A stretch of 64,000 nt of DNA from Balanoglossus misakiensis (lineage: Eukaryota > Animalia > Hemichordata), in assembly GCA_040954595.2 (NCBI GenBank), contig CM082576.2, positions 11,659,129 to 11,723,128 of the forward strand. The letters run 5' to 3'. The stretch's first letter is position 1; each line of letters starts with the position of its first letter. The translations under genes and the position numbers were made by a program. Below, piece by piece: positions 36,825 through 59,000 of this stretch. The notes beneath the pieces were generated by a model. The model searched no databases. It had not been told where the DNA came from and saw only the letters and a program-made list of their open reading frames with translations.

Positions 36825-36968
36825 CGAGAGTATTTGAGCATTCTAAAGAACATATGGCGGGGCTCTTTTTTTTGTGTGTGCCACCCACTGAAAATCTATG
36901 ATTTGCTAGATCTAAATTTTTCCATGGTAACTATAGCTAATTTTCCATAGGTGACCGTATACCTTTAA
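36825..36968 (-). mobile_element. Second, inverted and apparently truncated copy of the TTAA/AGG MITE family seen at 23150-23325
   Basis: Reverse complement reads TTAAAGGTATACGGTCACCTATGGAAAATTAGC..GTTACCATGG..AGATCTA.CAAATCA.AGATTTTCAGTGGGTG, matching the left half of the 23150 element. The other terminus is not evident. Confidence 0.75.
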
Positions 36969-38158
36969 ACACGTTCCATCTTTGATATTCAGACGGACTT
37001 GGGTGGGGTGGGGGGATAGAGCAAAGAAAATACACAGAGAAACAACTCGTACTACTCCATTGATTCCATTTCATTTATTTGCCAAGACAATATCATGTTA
37101 CAGAATTCTACATCAAGATGAGCTTTGGCATTTTTTGAAAATGCATATCCGGCCATGGCTACATATTGATTTATATGGTGTGATGCCAAGAAATGGTCAA
37201 ATTCGCTACATCAGGGGGGTATACAACTGCCTAGAGGCAATGACTACACAAAAACTGATGACTACAAAACAGAACATACACGCATGGGGTCATACAAAAA
37301 CTGGAGTTTTAACGAATAAAGTTGAACTTTAAGGAGAACACAAAGGTACAAAACACCGAAAATTGCAATGCTACATCCTCCATCAGGGAGGAAACTGGAT
37401 TGTATTTCTGCTTTAGCGCATTGATTTTAACATTATTGAGATTCACTTGCTGATATTTTGTGTGTACATGAACCATGTACAAAGGGAATGGATTACTGTA
37501 AAAAAAAACATTTGCTACAGATCTAACTTCTGACTTGCGTTTCTAGAAGCAACTTTCACATTGTGATGATAGTACATCCAAGTGTCTTTTGACACGTCAC
37601 AACTCGATACCATTAATCAAACTCTACACATCACACATTGCAAAAAGAAATCTTGTACTTCAATTCCGCTTACTATTAATCATTAGCAAAAACTTGTCAA
37701 AATAATCTAATGCCCCATGTCTCCAATATTCCGAGTTACAAAATCTTGTGTCACAGGATGGTTTGATTTCTAAAAGTAAAAGGCAAATATTTCAGCTTGT
37801 ATTTCTTAAAAGCAATGATAATCTGACAAAGGAAACTGCACCTCTGAAACTTCAGTTGAAGGATTGATAGTCGCGATATTGGTGCATGCGACTAAAAAAT
37901 ACAGGTGTCAACAGCTCAAAAAAATTGCATGAATACAAACATATTCAAAGGTCTTGGATTGTAATTTGTACACTCATAAGCTAGCTAAGGAGTCATCCAA
38001 AGATTGACGGACATTCTGGAATCGCTTCCACACACACACACGCACATGGGGAATAAATTTCCTATGGGCAAACAAATATCTGATACTGAAGTGAGTTGAA
38101 AACGAAAAGTAAACTTTCGACACAAACTTGTCACTATTGACTTGGAGACAAAACAAAT

Positions 38159-41100
38159 TTAGGCCCTGTACAAAATGTCATAATGGCCTGGTCTGTAGAG
38201 AAATATCACGTGGGGGTCACAGCCCTCGGGGAAGTCGTGATGGTTGATTTTGCCGCCTTCCACTCGGTCCATGTACTCCACGCGCACGCCCACGTTGAGG
38301 GCTTTGGTCAACGCGATGATGTGGATGTGGTCGCTCTCTTTGCCCATGGGTTCCACTTCCTGGAGAAAAAAAAAATCCCGTCAATTATACTTCTCCAGTC
38401 AGGCACATATATGGGGCATTGCTTAATTTTTTTATTACCTCTAGAATAACGGACTCACCACTTTCAATGACAATCCAGAAGTTGACTCGGAGGATCAGAA
38501 CAATTAAATTGAGACTGGCTCTGTAATGTATCCCTCCCAATATTTTTTTTTATCATACATGTAGAAGTAAAGAAAACAGCGGATTGCATTTTAATAACCT
38601 GAAACAAGGAGCCATAAGACATTTAACGATGTAGCATGACATCTGAAAGCCAAGTTGAAAAAACAGACGTATTTACCGATTCGTTTATCACACTGCATGC
38701 ATCAAAGAAACAGAAGTTTAACTGACTTACTCGGTGGCAGAACTCCTTGACCGAAAGGTCGCCTTCCACAAAGTTTTTAAAGAATTCCGTCTCCTGCTGT
38801 AGCTGTCCTGAAGTCAATAGCCTGAGATAAACTACGATGTAATCTGACAACCCTTGGTCTCTGAATTTCTCTAGCAATTCCGATACTGATATGGGCTTTT
38901 CGACTTGCTCAACGATATCCATGAACTGAAAGGGCAAACGACAAATTTGGTTGATTTTGTGAATCAAAATAGCATCAAAACACTTTGTCATTATATGCAG
39001 AAGATTTTCCTAACTTCATGACTACCACAAACTATCAAAACTTACCGTGTCATAGAAATCTTCTATTGTGAATGATGGAAAGCCGAGAGACACAAGCTTT
39101 TCTTTACTCTTCAAAGCTATTTCTTTAAACCTTAGATATTAATAGCAAAGGAGAGACTGTCACGTTAAAATTTTATCTGCCCATATTTCGGAGCATTTGA
39201 GAAAGGCAGTTTTCTATCACAAGCATTCACACAGTTCAGTTTTGGTAATGGCTTTCACTATTCAGTGTAGTGCTTGGCAGTCACGGTGTAAAATTCAGAT
39301 GTGGTCATCAACATCAGTTCTTACACAAACCAAGATAGTAACGACTTCACCACACATACTGGACAATAAAACTGAAAGCAATTCACTCTTCAATTCTCAC
39401 CTTGCAAGTTCTGCTTTGTTGTCTTCTAGTAAACTTTCAAGGTAGGCAAAACCGAACCCTCGGTAGAAACAGTTTCCATCGCCTCTTGTTTTCCTGATAT
39501 GCCCGTAGTGTTTCATTAAATCCTGCAGAGACAAACCACACGCATGAAACGCCATAAAAATAGTCCAGCCGCACATAAAAGGACCTTTTAATATTAATAC
39601 TTCATTTATAGAAACAGCCTACTATAATATGTACACATTTGCAAATATAATGTTTACACATCAGAATTCAGACATTCTGCCATTACATTTTCTTGCAGTG
39701 GATTTTCCAAATCACAAAAAATTGACACTGCACATGGTCTGTTATTACTGTAGACTGACCAGCTCTTTGATTAAAAATTGCATGTCTTATTGTCTTTTAA
39801 AATTAAATACATGTAGTTGAATTTTCACCAAAGGATCACATAGATGGATGAATGTGGGTCTATACATCAAACCCTAGCAGCTTACCAGGGCTTTCTGTTG
39901 ATACACCTGGTCCTCTACTGCATACTCTTTTTGCAGCAGACACAGATCTTCCTTTTCACCAATCAGATCACTGCCTTCTGCTATCTAAACAAACCAAAAA
40001 CCATTGTGGATGACAAACAGGGATCTCATGTTCATGCCAGAAGTCTGTTGATGCATTTCTAAAAAAATTGTATTTTCAAATTTTTTTAGAGAATCAGCTG
40101 TTGCTAAAGCAAAACATATAAGAAAGTTAAAACCACCACCGGATAATCCCCAGGCTTATATAATGCCATACCTCTTTTATTATGCGGTCTTGCTGTTCCA
40201 GAATAGCTTCATCTTGAATTACTTTGTCACTACTCTTTAGTGGATCATTATTCCCATTTCCATTCTGTGACTCATCTAAAAAAATAAAACATCAAAGTTC
40301 AACCAGACAGCAAATGGGCAACAGTTGCCCGAAATGACACAACAGATCAGATGGAGACTGGCGTATCAATTTCATTAATTTTGATATTTGCTCTTCAAGT
40401 TCAAGTAAACATGTAGTTAGTTACCATCAGATTTACAGCCATCATCTACTCACAAACTTCTTGTTTTTCCAAACCACATTCGTAACTTAACAGGTCAGAG
40501 GGACTACAGGAGGATGGCTAACAAAGGAATTTCCACTGCTCATTCAATTCATTCATTGAACAGCCTCAAAACACATCTTCCTTCCTGAATGGTATTCCCT
40601 GGGTATTACTATCACTCACTGCGGCTATGAATTGGAAATTCCGAAGATGTTCTTCGGTCAATGCACCGTACAGTACTGTCCAGAGTTCCCACAATGCATT
40701 GAACAAATTCAGGTCAAGCAACTAGTTTTAATAATAGTAGGTCAGCTGATGATCCAGTTATATTGTTTATGTGCATCAGGATGGTTTATTCATACCCATC
40801 GCTGGAGTAATACTAACCAAGCACACTATTGTGTGCTTTACGATAAGATGTTTTTTTTTACACCCCCCTTGGGCATTCATTTTCACGAACGAAATCTATA
40901 TTGTTAGAGAATGAAAACATTCACACTGTTTTCCAGCAAGTCACGGTCATGTCATTTTATAAAAGACAAAACGACTTTCAAGGATGCTGCATTTTGAGAT
41001 TTATTGGCAAATGAAACAGGTCCGAAAGCTCCAAATTCCATCCGTGGCGCACATGCGGATATGCGTGCATGACGAAGTTCAAATTCAACCAAAGGCTCTG

Positions 41101-41304
41101 CTTCGATTCAATGGACGAGCAGTCAGCACTTTGCAATGCCACGGCGCGGAAAGTGTGAAGCGCCGCGGTAGCACCTTCACAGGTACGGCGTGCTGAGATT
41201 CAGCCGAAGGTAAAGTTTGCAAGATATTGCCAATTATCAAAGTCAGGTGCAAAATAATTCTATTGCAACGTACCTCCTTGTCCTTTCGCCTCCAAATCTG
41301 CCAT
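38159..41304 (-). CDS. OTUB1: Ubiquitin thioesterase otubain (OTUB1-like)
   Basis: Exons ~41274-41304, 40172-40275, 39886-39984, 39401-39522, 39046-39131, 38730-38926, 38159-38360. Motifs DEAILEQQDRI, catalytic IRKTRGDGNCFYRGFGF, SDYIVVYLRLLTSG, EPMGKESDHIHIIAL and LYRPGHYDILY. Confidence 0.93.
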
Positions 41305-41959
41305 TTTGAATTTGATCTCGCGAACAGTCTCGCCTCCAACGAGAAACCCCTACAAGGTCAAATGAGGTCAAAGTTTGTCTGCCGCATCCCAGACGCATGT
41401 AAACAACGGTATACATGTATAAACATGATAAAGGGCACGTAATTTGATGGAATAACCACGCAGTAGAATAACCCAGTTGCAGACGAGGCGTTGTGTTGCT
41501 CGTTCTTCTGCTTCTGCAAAAACGATAGAGTCTATTGTATTGTACAGCTAATTTTATTCATATTGGACACTCCATACAGTGACTGTGGATTTTTATATCA
41601 TAAGGGTAGTACATGTACACGGATGATTTTCCTTGGCTTTCGAATCTATGAGTTTTCTACATTTTGAAAGAAATACTAGTAATAATTTAGTTGAAGTAGG
41701 TTATTTCCAGTATTTTCTTCTGTGTTAATTAGTGCGTACTAACTACAGTCTCATTAAATTTTCAAGTCCCAACATTTTGTCAGTCCACAACACATCCATC
41801 TGTATACCCACATCAAATCTTCCAAAATAACAATACAACAAAAAAGGTAAACTAGAGTGAAATATCTTTTTATTGACTTGCCATTCAGAATTTGTCAAAA
41901 ATGAGATACATGTACATGTAAATTATGGTCTTATCAGGTGCATATTACTTCAGGTTTTT

Positions 41960-48778
<6,819 letters not shown>

Positions 48779-49030
48779 CTCAAAGGAAGACGACGACCGC
48801 TGATCCGTGACAGGAATAAATCTACGGGGTGTCTATTGGTACAAAATCTATCTTCAACAGCTGTGGATCTACAAGCAACAGACTATTCCGAATTTTACAG
48901 CTACAGGGAGGGCCGTAACACCAAAACACTCTTTAAACGTGTCAGTGTACGGAAAACACGTTTTTCATGACAACCGGAAGTAATTTACTTGACCTTTTGG
49001 TCGGACGTCGAGGGCGTACGCATGCTGATC
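48779..49030. promoter_or_regulatory. Putative bidirectional promoter between NVL and PTCD3
   Basis: Divergent start codons about 250 bp apart; ETS/GABP consensus ACCGGAAGT at 48973-48981. Confidence 0.6.
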
Positions 49031-51586
49031 ATGGCGGCCAATATCAGAATCTTGCATTTTTCGGCCAAATCACAGTTTTTGCCAGTCGTGACATCTCGAA
49101 TTTCCCGGCAGATATGTTGCACCTCAAGGTTAAGAAGTGAATCAGTTCCTCAAACAACAGAGGTAAGCGAAAATTAGGTTCAAGCATCGATAATTGTGGT
49201 GTGGCACCAGTATACACTGGTACACGTGGGTACGTACGTATACAGTACATGCATGTACTGTAATAAATGTCATCTGGTCTTGCATGCTGCAACTGTGAAT
49301 ATGACATTGCAGAGACCGAATGCAGAATGCATTCCAGTACCTAGTTTTTCCATGACTGCTGTCATGCTTTTATGTAAAATTGAAACAAGGTGAATCCTAC
49401 CTGCATTTTAATTCCACCAAAATCATCCTGTGCATCAGTAGTACATGTACAACACCAAACCTTAGTGAGGTGCACTTAAACCATGAATCATAGTTTACTA
49501 CTTGATTATTTGAATCACAAGCTTCCCATAGCTTAGAAAAAAATTGTTTCTTGATATATTGTTATGTATCAATTAATTTGTGATTTTAGGCATAGCCATG
49601 GCTATACATGCCATACCCGTAATTGTTTCAAGCATTCATGTGATGTGTAATTATTCTCCCTGTTGTACTACATTTTAGGCTTTTGACTCTTCTGCTTTAA
49701 ACAAAGAAGAAAAGATCATCCTACCAAGGCGGAAGAAGAGAGACTCCACTGCTGTGTTGCAGGCCCTGGCTTCAACGGTAGGTCGTGATCCCACAGCCAA
49801 ACCGTACATCTACCACGATGATAGTTATCTCCTGCCAAAGTCTGCCGGGCAGTTGCAGTTGTATTCCCTGGCTAGCGAGTCGGGGAAGAAAGCGGCCAAC
49901 TACGTCATGCAGAAATTTCCCGAGATATTCACCGCCTACGACCACGATGAGCCGAAGATCGAGTGTCTGTACCCGAAGACGGACGGCTATATCATAGAAG
50001 ATGCCTGCGAAGAAGGTCTCTTGGAAAGGATAAATAACCGGGACATAAGAGCGGCCATGGAGGTGTACAACAGCATGGCGGAGGAAGGCGCCGAACTGAG
50101 CTTGGAAGCCTGCAATCACCTGTTAGATCTGTTGTGCTTCTACGCGGGGCAAGAACCGGTGAATGCGTTTGCTGACGGCGGTCCTCCCGCGGAGTCCGAT
50201 GAAGATGTAGAAGACGGAGAGGAACTGCAAGAGAAGAAACCGCGCGGGAGGGCCGCGAGAATGGCCGCCAGATTCGCCAACCGGGTCACCTGGAAGGAGG
50301 GCAACTACGCCGACCAGGTGTTCAAAGCCATGCAGGAGAGAGACAGTGCCAGTTACTGCAGCATGATTCGCGGGATGGTGAAATTCGGAGCCTCCGCCAG
50401 GGCCTTTGAGATGTACAACGAGATGCAAGACAAGGGCCTGAAGGCCGACGTGGCTGCCTACAGCGCCCTCATCGGCGCGGTGGTGGAGATCAGGGAGTCC
50501 TACAACGACAGGTGGAAGGTCGTGGAGCAGCTCTTGAAACAGATGGCCGTGGAAGGTCTGAAGCCCACGCTGGCTACGTTCAATTCTGTTCTGAGCACCC
50601 AGCGGAAGATGGGCGGCATCGGCCGGAAGACCGCCCTGCAGACGGTCAGCGAAATGAAAGCCATCGGGATTGCTCCCAGTTTGGGCAGCTACGCGCATCT
50701 CCTGGCCATCTTCTATAAATCCAACTTGCCGCTCAACGACATGCTCTACGACATCATGGATGAGATTGAAGGCAAAATCTTCTCCATCCAAGACCAGAGC
50801 GACACGCGATTCTTCGTGGACGCCATGAGGGTGTGCGAACGTCTCCGCGACGTCAGTCTGGCGCACCGGGTGAACGACCTGGTCAACACGGGCGACCACC
50901 ACAGGTTGCTGGGCAACAGCGGGATGAAGTTCTCCTACTACAACAAGCTGTTCAGCCTGACCTGTCAGATGTCGCCGCCGGACAAAATCATGGACTTCTA
51001 CAAGAAGTACGTGCCGTCGGCGCTCGTGCCGAACCTGAGCGGAATGATGGACCTGCTGCACGCCGTGGAGACGTACGGCATGCAGGACAAGCTGCCGGAG
51101 CTGTGGAAGGACAACAAGGAGTACGGCCACATCTACAACCAGCAGCTGATCGACCAGATTCTCTACCTCATGGCCAAGGACACTTTCTCCCCCGAAATGC
51201 AGGAAGAGTTCGCCGAGATCGCCATGGACGTCTGCAGTTTGGTTCAGGTCAAGAGGAGGGACTCCAAGCTGGCGCTGGGGACTTCTTCGCTCGGCCACAT
51301 TGTGACCCTGTGCTTGAACGCCAAGCAGCTGGACAATGCGTGGAAGGTGATGCAGATGTACAAGGCCAGTCACAAGGTGCCGAGTTCGCAGACAGTCGAC
51401 GCGTTCCTGGACGCGTGCATCGAAGCCCGGGACGCCCGGAAAGCAGTGGGCGCCGTGGAGATCGTCGTCAGTGCCGGACTCGCTACTTTTCCGCAGTACA
51501 TCGAGAAAATAAAAGCACAAATGACTCTGTCCGCCAGACAGCTGGAACAGCTCGAGGAAATGATGAAAAATGCTGAAGAACTTTGA
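49031..51586 (+). CDS. PTCD3: Pentatricopeptide repeat domain-containing protein 3 / mitoribosomal small subunit protein mS39, about 679 aa
   Basis: Exon 1, 49031-49162, is presequence-like; exon 2 is 49679-51586. Contains IILPRRKKRDSTAVLQALASTVGRDPTAKPYIYHDDSYLLP, CNHLLDLLCFY and PPR repeats (SYCSMIRGMVKFG, TFNSVL, GIAPSLGSYAHLL). Confidence 0.92.
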
Positions 51587-53594
51587 ATATAAAATTTGTG
51601 AATCGCGCAGATTAAGCAAAAAACGTCCCTGAACATAATGCACAACTGCAATAATAGATATTTTGCAGGCAGACCAACAGTTATTTTCGATCATTGTGTT
51701 CTGCATATTGTAATCCACAGTATGGAAAATCATGTTGGTTTTATTTTCCGTATATGAATGACATATTCGGATGGGATTCTTCAACAGAGTGTAAGAAATG
51801 AAAGTAGCTGTTTACATGTTTGTAAACTTGTGTGATATTTTGCATTTGTAAGTTGATAGATATTGGAGGTATATGTGCATCTCGCATGCAGACGACAGAG
51901 AACACACAATGACAGCATCCTCACAAATATATTTCTTGATTCATTTGTATTGAATAAAATTACATAACATCTCAAATATTGCTGGTAGTGTCATTAATTT
52001 TTGTTTGATGCCCAAGTCAGTATTAGTTACTAAACTCTGCAGTGCTCCAATAACAAGGTGAAAAGTGCATGCAAGAATGTTCATGATGTAATTTAATATT
52101 TATTAATAGTTAGTGAAGTCTGGGGGTCCTTCAAGAACCAATTTAAGTTGTCTCCAAAATAACTAATTATACCTCAATTGCCTTTGCCATATTTCCTCAA
52201 ATATCAATATAAGAATACCCTTTATGACTATTTCATCCACAAATGACAAATTTTGACTGAAAAATAAATATTGCCACTTCCATCATACAATATATGCAGC
52301 AAACGGGAGACAAAAACTAATCAAGTGACGCCTGTTGTGCTTGTATATGCCCGTTTATTATTTACAAAAACCAGTAAATGTACAATCAAAACCTTCATGG
52401 ACTGTTACCATGAACACACAAAAAGTAAATAAGTGGACTTGAGAAAAAATCAGTCGGTATAAATGAAGACAAATAAATAGAACTGCTACAGCATGCGATG
52501 TTCACGCACTCCCACAACCATAGTCTAATTTTCAGTTTCAAGCTATTGCATTTGCCTTTATGAGCCAGTCTTGATTGTGCAAATTGCACTTTTGACTGAA
52601 GCCTGATGGATTATAGCTGATGGACACATCATAGACATTGATAGGTAGCAAAAACAGTAACCCTTTTGCCGGGGTAGAACTAAAGTTATACCCAATCTAA
52701 TCTAAACCAATACCCTAAAAGATTTAGACCACAGTAACAAAAGTCACTGTTGTGTCTCCCAAGTTGATAAACAAGCAAAACACTGAACTTAATAACTAAC
52801 TACAATTTTGTTTTACATGGATGTTCTTTTGTGTGAATACAATTATATGAGGTGAACTTCTTGTCAAAATCATTAAGAACAGTCGACCTCCAACATCATT
52901 ACACTAAACTCGTGAAGACACATATCAAAACATTTAATTACCTCGACCTTATATAAGTTATAGCACACATTCCAATATTTCGGATCAAATCTTATAAAAA
53001 GCTACCGCTGCTAAATAAACTGTTTGGAACATAAATATTTACATCTGCTCTTCAAGTTAAGTTAACTGTATTGACATCTTTACAAAATATACAAAAGTTT
53101 GACATGAAAACTTTGATGATGGCAAAATGTTCAGGAAGAATCAGGAGTGAGCAAATTCCTAACCTAAGGTCATTCACAAGTAGTTAGCCATAATAGCATC
53201 ATTTAATTTTGTTCAATCTGATAACAATCAGATGAAGAGATGTGATCTTTTTTACCTTTGATTCATTCTACCCTCTACTTTTGCTGGAGGGGAGAACTGG
53301 CCCATACCAATATATGAAAGACAAAGCATCAGGGAAGTAAACGGGCCAGTCCTGACATCTACCGGTAATTCTAATTATATTGCATTTGCTCAAATAGGCT
53401 TGATCGTGAGTGATTTTTTTAGTCACAATTTGCTCATCCCTGTATTATAGTATAATAGAGAAAAAATATCTCAATGACAGATTGCGGAATGAAACCGAAA
53501 GTAAACCTTTTTGTGACATTATCATGACTTGTCTGTGAAAAAAATTCCACACTCTCTGATAGGGGGAATTGTGAATACGGTATATTGGTGTACA

Positions 53595-55583
<1,989 letters not shown>

Positions 55584-56032
55584 TTTGGGAATCTTGCGCT
55601 ATGCAATGACGTCATCACCCAGTGAGGATGAACTTTGAAAGTGAAATCTTGCTATTTAATTTATTTTTATGATAAACTTTCTCTTATGTCGACCATGATG
55701 AACAAAATACAACATAATGCGTCTTCCCTTTCATATCACTCCTTAAATGATGCTTTAAACGTTTAAAATCCCAACAACCACCTTTCGCTCTGACCTAACC
55801 TTTGGCCTTTGCTTCTCTTAACGCCAATCACCGTTGGCGGCGTCGTCCTAAACGGGCAAGCGGACCAACGCAGCAAGCGGACAGAATAGAACTAGGGAAG
55901 GTGGGTCGTAAAATGCCAATATTCTGAGAAACCGTGGATCACATTACACCAAAGTATGTTATCAGACAAGGACGTTAAATACTAGGTGTATTATCATGGA
56001 GAAAAAGTCTTCAATCCAGTGCAAGTGCCACA
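55584..56032. promoter_or_regulatory. Putative bidirectional promoter between FAM177A1 and TMEM62
   Basis: Divergent ATGs about 450 bp apart; full CRE TGACGTCA at 55607-55614 and CCAAT at ~55824. Confidence 0.5.
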
Positions 56033-59000
56033 ATGTCTGTTGTCATGGAAACCTTTGAGGCCGAGGATCAGTATCCCAAGCAATCAACCATGCGGAGAAG
56101 GTGTCAGATATGCGCCAGTCTCCTTCTTGCAGCCCTTATTGGTGCAGTGTGTGGCCTTATCCTAGCCTGGAAGTATCTTGCTGAGCCAGAGTGGGGAAGT
56201 GTTAGAAGCATCAGCCACCCAAGAGATGACACACCCCCCTACCCAGGTTCAACCTTGGATAACCTGTGGTGGTTTGTTCAGGTATATGGCATTATGTGTA
56301 CTAGTGCATTTGATTCAATTTCTTTACGGATGACTTAAACTACTCCATCATATTTAAATAAAGATTGAACTGTTACCAATATTCAATCTTGTTGACATTA
56401 TGTGGTTATATTGCTGGGTCTCAGCTAGGTCACTTTATCACTTCAAAACACTTGAAAAGTCCACTTTTTATGACCCTGTTTAACATTTTAATGCTGATAC
56501 ATTTTTTAAGTTTACCATTTTGATTATAAATTCTGGAACAGTCGGCCGTATGCGTACTGTTGAAGACAACTCAAGGAGTTGAAGGGAGAGGTGCACAGTA
56601 CATCAGATCTTTTGCTCCTCATATACGTGTCATTTTATTCTGTAAGTCTTAATTCGCTCTTTGTGGTACTGTGGTCTTCATCCATTTTCATGCATGTCTG
56701 CTTTTGCCTGTAGATTTCAGATCTGCATTTAAATGAGTTTGACGGCAAGGAGAGATATCACCAATTTTGGCATTTTTGTTCCAGTTATGTGGACATCATA
56801 CAACCAACCCTGGTACTTGCTACAGGTAAATGTGAAAACAAATGAAATATGAAACTTTACTGCACTGCAATGAAATGCGTTTAAGAGTTAATGCACTGCA
56901 GTATCAAGTACCATCATTTCATCTTGAGTACCTTTGATTCCTCCTGATTAATTTTGAATTGCGACTGCAATAAATTAAAATAATCTCATGAATACAGACT
57001 CTGACCTTGACCTTGACATTGCTTCCCTTTCATCAGGTGACCTGACAGATGCTATGCGTGGAAGCAAAGCATCACAAAATGAAATGGAGTGGGAAATGTA
57101 CAAGAAATGTCTGGAAGACAGTGGAGTATTGAAGAAGACCTTGTGGTTGGATGTCAGGGGTAACCATGGTAATAGCAGCAAGCAGAATCACTGCTCATCT
57201 CTTTACTCTTAAATCATTGGTGTGTAAAAACATGGTTTCCAATACAGACAAAATGCCTTCATAGCCTATGAAAATGATTTGATGTTCTATTTACACTTAC
57301 AGATATCTATAATTTACCATCAGCGGACAGTGAATCAAATTTCTACAGGTAAGGAGTTATTTGCATATCAACCAACTGTAGAAAAACTGATTCCTACAAA
57401 TTTGTGTATAATTTACAGTATTATATCTGCCAAATATTTTCGATGTCTTCTTTTTTTGGTTACAGAAAATATTCGTATCTTGGGAAGCAAGGAGAGACGA
57501 ACTTTGCACACCACCAGAAACTATCATTTGGAACATATTCATTTATCTATGTAGCTGCTACAACATTACCAGCTTCGAAACCGCCTTTTAACTTTTTTGG
57601 TGTCCTTAAAAAGGTAAAGTTTGCAGTTATTTTAGTTAACCTGTCATCATTTGACATCAGTTGAGAAAATAAACTTGTTAATTTTATTCTTATTTCAGTA
57701 GACAATTTTATTTCCCTCTGTATTTACAATTTCAGCGTCGTAATTTAATTTAAATTAATTGAGTATATAATAAGATGCCGACTTGGCCAAATCTTTCTCT
57801 TCCAATTGATTTTAAACTACAGGCAGACTCGAAGTCCCTTGAAGCCCTAACCAATCAGAGCAGAGCCAGTAACTCCAGGATATATTTCAGTCATTACCCA
57901 TCATCCTTCATTGTCAGCCGAGCGTCTGAAATATCCACGGCGACAAGGTAAACAGCGATACAAATACATGTTCAGTGTATCGTATTCTACTCTTGGGACA
58001 TTTCTGATCCTGTGTCGCTTATAACCAGTCCTTATGTTACATATAAAGTTTCACGTTTTGTACATTGCCTTCCAGTTTCAGCAATGGTATTGCGTTTCTG
58101 AGTGGACATTTGCATGCTCTGTACGGTCACGTCAACGATTTGAAAGTTCTTCAGAGGAGTGGAACTTTAGAGTTGGAGCTTCTCGACTGGAAAGACAACA
58201 GACAGTAAGTGAGGCCTATGCTTCTTTGTTGCAAATTTGAAAACTACTTTTATTTTATTGACAATGCCAGCTTCGTGATGACAAATATGTTTTGAATGGC
58301 ACATTTTAAATTGGCAGAATTTCAGCGAGATTGAACAAATATGTCAAATTCCCCATTTAGAATCTGAATAATGAAGTCTAATGCTGTATTCTTTGTTTTT
58401 TAAGATTTCGCGTGCTTGCATTTGACCATGACCTCTTGTCTCTGGTTGATGCCACGTATGGTGAGTGGCCCATTATACTCATCACCAACCCCAAAAATGC
58501 GAGGTTCTTGGCACCCAAACATGAACCAGTGACAAGAATTAGGCATTCTAAAAACATCAGGTAATATGCTTGCTTTGAAATAACACAGTGAAATTATATA
58601 GTTTGCACCAGATGTTTTATGATGGGTACATTGTATGTTGTGCATTGTGTCATCTTATGTTGCATGCTTTAATGTTATTTTTATGTTGTGTGTTATGCTA
58701 ATGTCATGCTCAATGCTACTGGATAATGTTGTACTATATTGAGCAGTACTGTTTGCACTCAAAATGTTCTGGAAGTAGATGTAAAATACAATACAATACA
58801 ATACAATACAATACAATACAATACAATACAATACAATACAATACAATACAATACAATACAATACAATACAATACTATAATACAATTCAATTTACAATATA
58901 ATACAATACATTACATATTACAATTCATGTACATGTATTATGAAATGTTCAACTTTTCAGGATATTGGTGTTTTCACCAAATGATATTAGTTCGGCAAAA

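Noticed and set aside
50123-51784. 553-aa ORF on the minus strand and 247-aa alternate-frame ORF (50833-51576)
   Set aside because: Shadow ORFs of the GC3-rich PTCD3 exon, with no recognisable domain.
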